A DNA stretch of 64,000 nt from Cyanophyceae cyanobacterium (GTDB taxonomy: Bacteria > Cyanobacteriota > Cyanobacteriia > Cyanobacteriales > JBHJGN01), in assembly GCA_050331735.1 (NCBI GenBank), contig JBHJGN010000031.1, positions 96,001-160,000 of the forward strand, read 5' to 3'. The notes under the pieces were generated by a model. That model made no database searches. It worked only from the letters and a program-made list of their open reading frames with translations, and was not told where the DNA came from. This document shows positions 1 to 8,531 of the stretch, one piece after another (position 1 is the stretch's first letter; every line of letters starts with the position of its first letter). Both the position numbers and the translations under genes were made by a program.

Positions 1-1
1 T

Positions 2-931
2 ACCATTCCGCTCATTTTTTTAACCGCTAAAGCCGATCGCCTGGATATTCGCCAAGGCATGGAGCTTGGAGCAGACGATTATATTACCAAGCCCTTTACT
101 CATAAAGATCTGCTGAAGGCGATCACCACTCGGTTAGAGAAACGGGCTACTATCGTCAAAAAGAATCAGCAGCAGCTCAGCGAGTTACGATTTAGCATCA
201 CTCATTCTCTTCCCCACGAACTCCGTACGCCGCTCAATGGAATTATGGGGTTCACAGAACTGCTGCTTTATGAGGACGAGCTAGAGCGCGAAGAGATTCA
301 GGAAATGGCGCAGTCGATTAAAGCTTCCGCCGCTCGCCTGTACAGACTGATTCAGAACTTTCTGCTGTACGCTAACCTAGAAATCATCGCTGCCGCTCCC
401 GAGCAACTAGCTCAGCTCCGTCAGGCCAGCACTAATTCTGTGCTCGAGCTCCTGAGCGAGCCAGCCTACCAACTGACTCAGGACCATCATCGAGAAGCCG
501 ATCTCCAGCTCGAGCTTCAGGATGCCGCTATTCAAATGAGTGCCGACCATCTCCAAAAAGTGATGCAAGAATTGCTCGATAACGCTATTAAATTTTCGCA
601 ACCAGGAACGCCGATTAGGGTTGCCAGCTACCTTGATACGCAATATACCCTCAGCATCAGCGATCACGGCAAGGGGATGCGGCCCGAGCAAATTGCTCAA
701 GTCGGAGCATATATGCAGTTCGAGCGGAAAATTTACGAGCAGCAAGGCTCTGGATTAGGCTTAGCGATCGCTCAGCGCCTAGTCGAACTCTACAAGGGTC
801 AATTGACCATCAACAGTACTCCCGACCAGGGAACAACGGTAGCAGTGACTCTCCCCCTCAAAAAGAATTGTTCCTCCGCAAGAGGAAAGGGACACCTGTC
901 CCTCCAGGACGGGAAAAGAACACAGGGTTAG
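2..931 (+). CDS. Hybrid response regulator / histidine kinase (REC-HisKA-HATPase), 5'-truncated by the window edge
   Basis: The frame is open from base 2 (TIPLIFLTAK...GADDYITKPF, end of a receiver domain). It has the H-box HELRTPLNGI, N-box ELLDNAIKFS and G-boxes DHGKGM / GSGLGLAI. The last ~20 codons run into a dispersed repeat. Confidence 0.92.
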   Translation, partial: TIPLIFLTAKADRLDIRQGMELGADDYITKPFTHKDLLKAITTRLEKRATIVKKNQQQLSELRFSITHSLPHELRTPLNGIMGFTELLLYEDELEREEIQEMAQSIKASAARLYRLIQNFLLYANLEIIAAAPEQLAQLRQASTNSVLELLSEPAYQLTQDHHREADLQLELQDAAIQMSADHLQKVMQELLDNAIKFSQPGTPIRVASYLDTQYTLSISDHGKGMRPEQIAQVGAYMQFERKIYEQQGSGLGLAIAQRLVELYKGQLTINSTPDQGTTVAVTLPLKKNCSSARGKGHLSLQDGKRTQG

Positions 932-1002
932 GGAATAAGCTAGTTCATTTTCCCCCTTTCCCTTTCCCCGCAGCTTCGCTGCCTTCCCCGCGCCTGCGGC
1001 AC
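872..1002 (-). repeat. Dispersed repeat family A (GCCGYAGGCGCGGG end plus GGGGAAA-type heptamer tracts)
   Basis: Shares the core GGACG..AAAGAACAYAGRGYTARGRAA..CTARTTYATT and CCCTTTC tracts with the copies at 27751-27890 and 37481-37647. Confidence 0.75.
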
Positions 1003-1008
1003 TGACTC

Positions 1009-1052
1009 TGTTACATTAGTTACATACACTCATCGGCTTTTCCCGTTACTCT
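1009..1052 (+). promoter_or_regulatory. NtcA-activated (class II) promoter
   Basis: TGTTACATTAGTTACA (GTT-N8-TAC, 1010-1023) is followed after 23 nt by the -10 element TACTCT (1047-1052). Confidence 0.7.
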
Positions 1053-1058
1053 TAGGAA

Positions 1059-1167
1059 CAGAATAGTAGCGACTTCCAGAACCGGAAGCTGGCAGAGATC
1101 CCTTGATCGTGCTGCTTAGTTACTATCCTCCGATTGCTGAATAGGTCGCCCAACTGGGCGGCTTTTC
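1059..1167 (+). ncRNA. nsiR4: NsiR4-like nitrogen-stress sRNA (long form)
   Basis: The NtcA promoter lies directly upstream and there is no ORF. The 5' domain is structured (ATAGTAGC/GTTACTAT closing stem with two internal hairpins). CCTCCGATTGCT followed by the terminator GGTCGCCC-AACT-GGGCGGCTTTT matches my recollection of the NsiR4 3' core. Confidence 0.65.
1144..1167 (+). terminator. Intrinsic terminator of the sRNA
   Basis: GGTCGCCC-AACT-GGGCGGCT hairpin followed by a U-tract. Confidence 0.75.
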
Positions 1168-1428
1168 GTGTTCGCAGTCTATCCCTACAGCAGAAGACAG
1201 AAGTTACCGGATTCCTGAGACCTTACCCTTGCCAACGGTTACCAAGGCAGCCGAAGACCAGAAGCTCCGGATTTCGGTCTCTTCAGTGCCAAGGTTTGCT
1301 GCTAGCCTAAAAAAGTGGCCGAAAGTACAGTTTGCTGTAAATAAACTGCTACAATAAAAGTGAGGTATATTTTATCTGGTTTCGTTTTTTCAGACTACCT
1401 CTCTATTGAGTTCATCGCTTAAATATTT

Positions 1429-1611
1429 ATGGAATCAAGTGCCCCGTCAGGCAATGCTGCTGAACCTCCGAGTCATAGATGGGCAAGCATACTGGGAACC
1501 ATCATTGCAGTAATGACGCTCACGTTGCCAATGCTAGCCATTGCAAATTACTCGGATAGCAACGTCGATTCTCTGCCGCGAACTCCATATTCTTTATCCA
1601 GGAGAAATTGA
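1429..1611 (+). CDS. Small single-pass membrane protein, hypothetical
   Basis: 60 aa with an ATG start and one TM segment (ILGTIIAVMTLTLPMLAIA). Confidence 0.7.
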   Translation: MESSAPSGNAAEPPSHRWASILGTIIAVMTLTLPMLAIANYSDSNVDSLPRTPYSLSRRN

Positions 1612-1883
1612 AGCACTCAAGCAGCATTCTGCCCAGTAATGGGGAAAAGAAACCGAGAACGGATACTTGAGCTGTTAGCTGTGCTCGAGCCTTGGCATCA
1701 CCATCTTGGTATTGCGAGTAGTCAGGGCTTTGAGCAAAAACACTTGACTCCTAGCCAAGATCGGCTAGATAGTAGTAAAGTCTGTTTGAGCTTGACGAAC
1801 GTCAGACTGCACGGTTGCAGAAACTACTTTCGGCACACCGCTCAGTAAGCTCAATCTCACTCAACTACTGATGGAGGAACTTC

Positions 1884-2396
1884 GTGGATTTATCGAGCAT
1901 TCCGGCTCAACCCAAGCCCGGTCTCGTCAACCTGCTGATCGAAATTCCAGCAGGCAGCAAAAACAAGTATGAGTTTGACAAAGACCTCAACGCCTTTGCC
2001 CTGGATCGGGTTCTCTATGCGTCTGTCAAATATCCGTATGATTATGGGTTTATTCCTAACACGTTAGCTGACGATGGCGATCCTTTAGACGGGATGGTAA
2101 TCATGGATCAGCCAACGTTCCCCGGATGCGTGATTACCGCACGACCCATCGGCATGCTCGAAATGATCGATGGTGGTGATCGCGATGAAAAGTTACTGTG
2201 TGTTCCCGACAAAGACCCCCGCTATGTGCAGGTTAAAACCCTAGAAGATGTTGCTCAACACAGACTAGACGAGATTGCCGAATTTTTCAGAACCTATAAA
2301 AATCTGGAAAAGAAGGTTACAGAAATCCTAGGCTGGAAAGACATTGATAGCGTTAATCCTCTCGTTGAGGAATGCATTGAAGCCTTTAACAAGTAA
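1884..2396 (+). CDS. ppa: Inorganic pyrophosphatase (family I)
   Basis: Motifs [27 protein letters not shown] and [16 protein letters not shown] before the GTG start. Confidence 0.97.
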   Translation: MDLSSIPAQPKPGLVNLLIEIPAGSKNKYEFDKDLNAFALDRVLYASVKYPYDYGFIPNTLADDGDPLDGMVIMDQPTFPGCVITARPIGMLEMIDGGDRDEKLLCVPDKDPRYVQVKTLEDVAQHRLDEIAEFFRTYKNLEKKVTEILGWKDIDSVNPLVEECIEAFNK

Positions 2397-2436
2397 ATAA
2401 TAGGCCAAGGATGCTTGGTTTCGATCGCGGCTAGTT

Positions 2437-2488
2437 GGTCAACCACAAGCCCTGTCTCACAACAGGGTAGTAGGTGACCTTTTTTTTT
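2437..2488 (+). terminator. Probable intrinsic terminator after ppa
   Basis: Stem GGTCA...CCCTGT-ctcaca-ACAGGG...TGACC followed by a T-run. Confidence 0.55.
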
Positions 2489-2557
2489 CGTCAGGTTAAG
2501 TGGGAAGGCTCAGCCAAGATAATGTCACAATAGAGGAGCGTTTATACTATCTAGACT

Positions 2558-2920
2558 ATGCTAGTTAAATCTACTACTCGTCATATTCGTCTTTACACCG
2601 CCGAGGTTAAAAATAACGAACTCGTCCCCAGCGACAACATTCTGACGTTGGATGTCGATCCCGACAATGAATTTAACTGGAGCGAAGAAGCCCTGCAAAA
2701 AGTTTACCGCCAGTTTGATGACTTAGTGGAATCCTACAGCGGTCAGGATTTGACAGACTATAACCTCCGCCGGATTGGCTCGGACTTAGAACACCTCATT
2801 CGGGGGCTATTGCAGAGCGGGCAAATTAGCTACAATCTTAGTGGTAGAGTCTTAAACTACAGCATGGGCCTACCGCGAGTTGAAAGCCCAGAGACCGAAG
2901 GAAAATACGAAATTAAGTAA
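2558..2920 (+). CDS. ndhM: NAD(P)H-quinone oxidoreductase (NDH-1) subunit M
   Basis: [38 protein letters not shown] and [12 protein letters not shown] are NdhM hallmarks. Confidence 0.95.
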   Translation: MLVKSTTRHIRLYTAEVKNNELVPSDNILTLDVDPDNEFNWSEEALQKVYRQFDDLVESYSGQDLTDYNLRRIGSDLEHLIRGLLQSGQISYNLSGRVLNYSMGLPRVESPETEGKYEIK

Positions 2921-2940
2921 ACCTTATTACCTGTTGAACC

Positions 2941-3171
2941 TTGCCACAGTCAAGTCCTTGGAGCTATAAACCCTGGTGGTGTCAGCCTTGGTCCATTTTG
3001 CTGACTGGCACGACTATCATTGGCGGTACTTGGATAGTGACCCAGACTCTATGGGCAACTATCCTCGTGGCTTTTCCAGTTTTAGCCTGGTGGAGCTACT
3101 TTTTAATTCTCTGGCCACGACAGTTCAAGGCGTTATCCCCGTTTCCTGAACCGTCTTCATCAGATTCATAG
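2941..3171 (+). CDS. Small membrane protein (DUF6737-like)
   Basis: W-rich motif PWSYKPWWCQPWSILLTG and two TM segments. Confidence 0.75.
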   Translation: MPQSSPWSYKPWWCQPWSILLTGTTIIGGTWIVTQTLWATILVAFPVLAWWSYFLILWPRQFKALSPFPEPSSSDS

Positions 3172-3297
3172 ATCAAGAGGCGTTGTGCTAAAACTAAACA
3201 ACATTGATGGGTCTTTATGGAGAGAAGTTAAGCAGTGCGCCCGACGTTTCGAGAAGAAATCGGCGACAACGCAGGGTCCGGTTGGAGTTAGGTTGGC

Positions 3298-5106
3298 ATG
3301 CAGAAAGCGGCAACAATTCAATGTTCAAATGTTCACTGTCAGGCTGCCAACCTCCTGAGTCACCAATTGTGCCATCGATGCAATACGCCGATTGTGAAAC
3401 GGTATTTATGGGCTATTGAGGTGGCGGAGGAAAAGCCTGTCGGAGAGCTGATTAGCGATCGCTATTTGCTCAAGCAGACTCAACTGGTTCTCGATACTAA
3501 ACCCGGTTTAACGCCTCAGCTCCCGTCTGAGATTCCAGAAAGCTTAGTCCCCTATCTACGGCTGTTTCCCTACCGTCTTCACGTTCCGACCGTTTACGGA
3601 GCGCTCGGTGCTGAAGCCAATTCTGGTTGGCTGTTAACCTATCGGTCTACCGTCACCGACTTAGACGAGCTGCTGCTGCCCCCCTTGGCTCAGGCATGGC
3701 CAGAAGCCGCAGCGCTTCGGCAGCTTAACTGGCTGTGGCAGATGGCAGCCCTGTGGCAGCCGCTTCACAGCGAAGGGGTAGCCTCCAGCTTATTAGCGCC
3801 TGCCTTAATCAGAGCCAATCGCGGCATTGTGCAGCTCCTTCAGCTTCGGCAAGATGAGCAGCCACCCACACTCAAGCAGCTTGGTCAACTTTGGTTAAAG
3901 TGGCTTGACGATACCGCCACTGCCCTGCAACCGTTTCTACAGAAGCTTTGCCAGCATCTCATCAGTAAAGCTATTCAGCAGCCGGAGCAACTGCTGGCGA
4001 CCTTAGAGCAGGGACTGCGGCAGGGCGATCGCCCTCAACGCACCTATTGTATTTTTACCGCAACAGAAACGGGACCAAGCCGCGACCACAACGAGGATGC
4101 CTGCTTTCCTCTCGCTGGTCAGACGATTCATCCGGCTCGTGAGGACGAGACTTTAACGATTGTGTGTGACGGACTGGGAGGACAAGAAGGCGGGGAAATA
4201 GCGGCTCAACTGGCCGTCGAGGATTTAGTTGAGCAGATAGCAATTAGTCCCGAGGATGACTCGAACAAGCTTATTGCCGCGATCGAACGCGCGATCGTCA
4301 GCGCCAACAACGTTATCGCTCAGCGCAATGACCGAGAACAGCGTCATGAGAGCCAGCGTATGGGCACAACCCTCACCCTGGCGATCGCCCATTCTCCGTA
4401 TTTATATTTTTCCCACGTTGGCGATTCGCGGATTTATTTTATCCATGCGGGGGGGTGTCATCAAGTGACGGTAGATGACGATGTGGCCTCTAGAGAAGTG
4501 AGGCGTGGCTACGCGATCTACCAAGACGCTGTGCAGTCTCTCAACGCCGGCGCTCTCTACCAGGCACTGGGAATTTACCCTTCAGATTTCCTCCAGCCGA
4601 TGGTCCAGCGCTTGGTGTTAGACGAAGACTGCGTGTTTCTGCTCTGTTCCGATGGCTTAAGCGACAACGAGCTTGTCGAGCAATACTGGGAGGAAATGCT
4701 TCCCATTGTGCAACAGCAGGCCTCGGTAGAGCAAGTCGGCGAGCGGCTTGTAAAAATTGCCAATCAGCTTAACGGTCACGATAATATTACCGTGGCTCTG
4801 CTCTATTGTCAGGTAGCTCCCGCTGCTGGACCAGCCACTCCCATTAAATTTTCTCTGGTTTCTCCGCCCCCTGCCGCTCAAGACTCAGCTTTACCTGAGC
4901 CAGCGACAGAAGCTGATAGCACGACTCTAGCCGCTTCTCTGCCTCCCCAACGGCCTTTCCGTTACTGGTTACTCTTAATGGTCGTTGCTGTCCTAGGACT
5001 AGGAGCCGTTGCTTACTGGTTGTTTTCAGAGCCACTGCGAGAACGGTTCGATCAGCGCCAAGAAAGGCTTTCTCAGTCAACAATCGCAACTCGTACAAAG
5101 GTTTGA
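3298..5106 (+). CDS. PP2C-family Ser/Thr protein phosphatase with N-terminal Zn-ribbon and C-terminal TM anchor
   Basis: N-terminal Cys pairs; PP2C motifs RDHNEDA, VCDGLGG, MGTT, HVGDSRIY, LLCSDGLSD and GHDNITV; TM helix near the C-terminus. Confidence 0.93.
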   Translation: MQKAATIQCSNVHCQAANLLSHQLCHRCNTPIVKRYLWAIEVAEEKPVGELISDRYLLKQTQLVLDTKPGLTPQLPSEIPESLVPYLRLFPYRLHVPTVYGALGAEANSGWLLTYRSTVTDLDELLLPPLAQAWPEAAALRQLNWLWQMAALWQPLHSEGVASSLLAPALIRANRGIVQLLQLRQDEQPPTLKQLGQLWLKWLDDTATALQPFLQKLCQHLISKAIQQPEQLLATLEQGLRQGDRPQRTYCIFTATETGPSRDHNEDACFPLAGQTIHPAREDETLTIVCDGLGGQEGGEIAAQLAVEDLVEQIAISPEDDSNKLIAAIERAIVSANNVIAQRNDREQRHESQRMGTTLTLAIAHSPYLYFSHVGDSRIYFIHAGGCHQVTVDDDVASREVRRGYAIYQDAVQSLNAGALYQALGIYPSDFLQPMVQRLVLDEDCVFLLCSDGLSDNELVEQYWEEMLPIVQQQASVEQVGERLVKIANQLNGHDNITVALLYCQVAPAAGPATPIKFSLVSPPPAAQDSALPEPATEADSTTLAASLPPQRPFRYWLLLMVVAVLGLGAVAYWLFSEPLRERFDQRQERLSQSTIATRTKV

Positions 5107-5286
5107 CGAATTCCGTTGATAGATTGTGGTAATAAAGCTTTCTTGATCTTGGCGCTCAAAAGCTAACCGTAGCCCCAAATCCATTAGAACAATGCCACTA
5201 GTTCGGTGCATCTAGATTAGTGCCCAGCGACGGGAGCGTAACCACACAGGCAGATGTACTGGAGTCATTGTTCATTTTTTACGGGT

Positions 5287-7038
5287 CTAAAGCAATCCCT
5301 CGGATTTAAGCTGATTGAGAGAAAAGCTGAGTTTCTTCTCGGTCTGCTGTAGGGGTAAACACTGACGGGCTGCTTCCTGTCGCTGGAGCAAATCACCCTC
5401 CGTTGGCTGAGTCTGACAACCACGCTGGACGAGGCGCTGATGAACTTTTTCTTGCCAGAGTCTCTCTCCATCCTTCATCGCTGCAATATCGGCGGTTGGC
5501 ACTTTTACCCGCAGCTTCAGCGGGATGCCTGCCTCCTGCTTATTCTGATAGCCCGGATTAATCAGAAGACACTGACCTGTCGGAAACTTGAGTAAATCTT
5601 CCGGCGCACACAGCTTACGGATCTTTTCCTGTTCGGCCATACTAGTGTTGCTTTTTCCGGCACTTCTGCCTTTGGTTTTCTGATGCGTCTGCAACTCTTC
5701 ATCTCCTAAAAAATCAGAAAATAGCTTTGCTGACTCGTATTCTTGGGGATTAAAAATGGCTTTGCTACCGCAGCCGCCTAAAATCGCACGAGCGATTTCT
5801 CTACCGTAGGTTTTTTCTAGCTGGTTAAGATTCTGAAACCCTAGAATACTGACTAAGCCATCTTCTCGATTTTCATTGAGCCACTGAACGAGGGCAGGCA
5901 GATACAGAGTCGGTAACTCATCAAGCGCTAGCACCAGCGGGTCTTGGCGCGGCTGGCTCACGTTGCGGTTAACGAGCATGTGCAGAATACTGGCGCACAG
6001 CGGACCAACTACATCCCGCCGCTGTCGGTCCATGCCTACAATGAGTAGCTGCTTGCCTGCTAAATCTAGGGGCAGGGTGGTCTCCCCACAAAAGGCTCCC
6101 AGAATGCTTGGCTTAGCGAAGCGGGTAAAGGCGTTGTTCGCCGTAGCAATGATGCTGGCAACGGTTTTTTCAGAATCGGCAACCGACAGCAGTTGACCAA
6201 AGCTAGCCAGCACCCAAGGATTTAGTTCGCCAAGCTTTTCTGCGTTGCGCAAGCGCGCTGTCAGACTATCTAAAGACAGCAGCGCCTGACACATTAAGAT
6301 ATCGGGGTAGGGAGTGCTTTTTGCCAACAGAAACACGGCTTCAGTAAGCTGATCTCCGGCCATTGTAAAGAACGGATCGTCACTGCCTTGGGTCATCAGC
6401 TTGAAATTTTGATTGAGCACTTCGGCAATCTGACGGGCCATCTCGGCATCGGTCGGACTGCGGAGAAAATCGAGTGGGTTGCAGACGGCAGATTCCGGAA
6501 AGCCAGGAGCAAAGATGTGCAGTTTGTATCCGGCTTTAAGGGCGTAAGCGGCTAAACGCGAAGTTTGGGTCGGGTATTTGAAGTCATAGAGAATAATCGG
6601 AAAGCCGCGATCGACAGCAGAACGCAGCACGGGATCGATGATGCTAAAGGTTTTACCAGACCCAGGACCACCGCAGACGGCTAAACCTCGCTGCAAATCC
6701 GGTAAATAAAGGGTTTGCTTTGATGGCGATGTCTGCGGACGGCCAACATAGAGAGAGACAGCGTTGCGGCGATTTTCCCGAATTTGAGCGCAAGCCAAAC
6801 GGCGAGCCGCCGCTGTTTCCGGCTTGCCGCCAAAATGAGCGTTGGCCTGCTTTTGGCGACGACGGCGATCGCCAAGGACAGAGAGACTCCCCAAACCAAT
6901 CAGACAGGCTAGCAGAATCAGACTATTGCTATTCAATAGCTCTTGGAAATTATCGGGGACTGGCAGCTCAACAGCTTGAGCTAAATGCCCACTGTTGGGC
7001 ATCTCTATTCTCGAGTTCTCCTCGACATTTCTAACCAT
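5287..7038 (-). CDS. virD4: Type IV coupling protein (VirD4/TraD-like ATPase)
   Basis: N-terminal TM, Walker A GGPGSGKT, YDFKYP, CNPLDFL, Walker B LALDELPTL and GFQNLNQLEKTYG. Confidence 0.9.
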   Translation of the reverse strand: MVRNVEENSRIEMPNSGHLAQAVELPVPDNFQELLNSNSLILLACLIGLGSLSVLGDRRRRQKQANAHFGGKPETAAARRLACAQIRENRRNAVSLYVGRPQTSPSKQTLYLPDLQRGLAVCGGPGSGKTFSIIDPVLRSAVDRGFPIILYDFKYPTQTSRLAAYALKAGYKLHIFAPGFPESAVCNPLDFLRSPTDAEMARQIAEVLNQNFKLMTQGSDDPFFTMAGDQLTEAVFLLAKSTPYPDILMCQALLSLDSLTARLRNAEKLGELNPWVLASFGQLLSVADSEKTVASIIATANNAFTRFAKPSILGAFCGETTLPLDLAGKQLLIVGMDRQRRDVVGPLCASILHMLVNRNVSQPRQDPLVLALDELPTLYLPALVQWLNENREDGLVSILGFQNLNQLEKTYGREIARAILGGCGSKAIFNPQEYESAKLFSDFLGDEELQTHQKTKGRSAGKSNTSMAEQEKIRKLCAPEDLLKFPTGQCLLINPGYQNKQEAGIPLKLRVKVPTADIAAMKDGERLWQEKVHQRLVQRGCQTQPTEGDLLQRQEAARQCLPLQQTEKKLSFSLNQLKSEGLL

Positions 7039-7547
7039 GCAATTATGCGATCGCTTTCAACAAAGAGTTGTTTCTGCAAGCAAGTAATACCAAGCTATCT
7101 AGTGCTTGATCTTATTAATCGTTGTTGAAGACTATTTGGCTCATCTTCATAGTAAGTTTACGTCTGGCAACAATCTTTACGTACTCTTCAAACTATTCAT
7201 CAAACAGTACAGTAAACATTATTTAGTGGCAATGCTCAACTTTTTTCTAACACAGCAAGCCAAAATTGCCAATTTACAATAACTTTAAAAAATTGCGGAA
7301 ACCACGGAAATCTATAGATTCAGCATGGTTAATCTGCCTTGTTTAAGTAAAAACCAGCAGAAAAGTGTATAGCTAGCTGGCAGAATCGTTTTTTATGGAT
7401 TAATATTGACCTGCAAATAAAAGTTGTCTGTCCTGCTCGACTCCTCAAAAATGTTGTATTAGACAACAAAACTAACAGATTTTTATTAACAGCAAGCTTG
7501 ATTTAATTCAAGCGGCAAAAACTGCCTAGCCGTTTATCAACAGAACA

Positions 7548-8147
7548 ATGAAAAAAATCTCAAATGCACTCAGTAAATTCAAACAGCTTCGACTGACCAA
7601 ATACCAGCTTTGGCTCTGTGCGGCTCTTGTCGCCTGTGTCTATCTGTTAATTAACCACGCTACTGCCTTTACCTATTTAGGAGTTCCGCTCGCGTTAGGA
7701 ATTTTGATGTGGAAAGACCTGTGGCGGCAGACCGCTAAAGCCGTTGGTCCGGGGGGTAAATATATCCCAGAAATCGTTGCAGCCGTTGCGGCGATCGCTC
7801 TAATTTGGGGAGTGGGGATCGCTGAACCAGTGGGAGCGCAATTTTACCAGGATGCTCAAAACTTCTTTTGTGAGGAGCTAGTGGCTGGTACAGGTTCAGA
7901 CACCGAGAACGTGAAACGAGGCATTTCTGTCACCTTCAATGCGCTACGAGCCTTCTTCCTGATTTACATTGCCGTCTCCCTGATTCGAGTTGTCAATGCG
8001 GTGCGAGAAGATGAAGATTGGCAGACGATGGCGAGAACGCCAATTCTGGCCACTCTCATTGTCACAGTCGGAGATTTGCTCACCAACTTCTTTATCTCTG
8101 GCGACCCCAGCGACGGTGCCTGTGACACGGGCGGTAGTGGAGGATAA
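7548..8147 (+). CDS. T4SS pilin-like membrane protein (VirB2-like, cyanobacterial type)
   Basis: Multi-TM; the C-terminal part FNALRAFFLIYIAVSLIRVVNAVREDEDWQTMARTP is typical of the first gene of cyanobacterial conjugation operons; lies upstream of virB3/virB4. Confidence 0.7.
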   Translation: MKKISNALSKFKQLRLTKYQLWLCAALVACVYLLINHATAFTYLGVPLALGILMWKDLWRQTAKAVGPGGKYIPEIVAAVAAIALIWGVGIAEPVGAQFYQDAQNFFCEELVAGTGSDTENVKRGISVTFNALRAFFLIYIAVSLIRVVNAVREDEDWQTMARTPILATLIVTVGDLLTNFFISGDPSDGACDTGGSGG

Positions 8148-8162
8148 GCTTTAGTCACTGCT

Positions 8163-8531
8163 ATGCCTTCAGAGCGCTCTCAACCGATTAAAGTTAACCG
8201 CATTCTTGGAACTCAACCTCGTCTCGGACCTCTCCCTGCCGATCAAGTTCTGCCTTGGTCTCTATTCACTCTATTTTCCTACTTCATCTGTCAGGGATAC
8301 TACGACTTCGGCTGGCTGCCCATGGTGTTGCTAGATGGATGGCTCATTTCCACCTGGTGGATTCTCACTGGAGAGAGAAGCTGGCGTTTCCTGTCTAAGA
8401 TCTATCCTCCGGTTCCTCGGTGGGAGCGAGGTTGCCCCAAATACCACAGTTTTTTAGAAGATCACCGCTCATGGCACAAACCAAGAAGAAACTCGGCAAA
8501 AAGAGGGTCGGTTTCAAGAAGAACAAAGTAA
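8163..8531 (+). CDS. VirB3-like inner-membrane protein
   Basis: VNRILGTQPRLGPLPADQVLPW, two TMs and TWWILTG..WRFLSK; overlaps the virB4 start. Confidence 0.7.
   Translation: MPSERSQPIKVNRILGTQPRLGPLPADQVLPWSLFTLFSYFICQGYYDFGWLPMVLLDGWLISTWWILTGERSWRFLSKIYPPVPRWERGCPKYHSFLEDHRSWHKPRRNSAKRGSVSRRTK

Noticed and set aside
1010..1026. GTTACATT-A-GTTACATA as an RpaB HLR1 site
   Set aside because: The repeat period is 9 nt rather than the 10 nt of HLR1; an NtcA palindrome with correct -10 spacing explains it better.
1193..1284. Two imperfect direct repeats GAAGAC(C)AGAAG..CCGGATT as a mini-CRISPR
   Set aside because: Only two degenerate copies, no cas genes and no leader.
7039..7547. oriT in the AT-rich virD4-virB2 intergenic region
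   Set aside because: No recognisable nic site or convincing inverted repeat; consistent with divergent promoters only.
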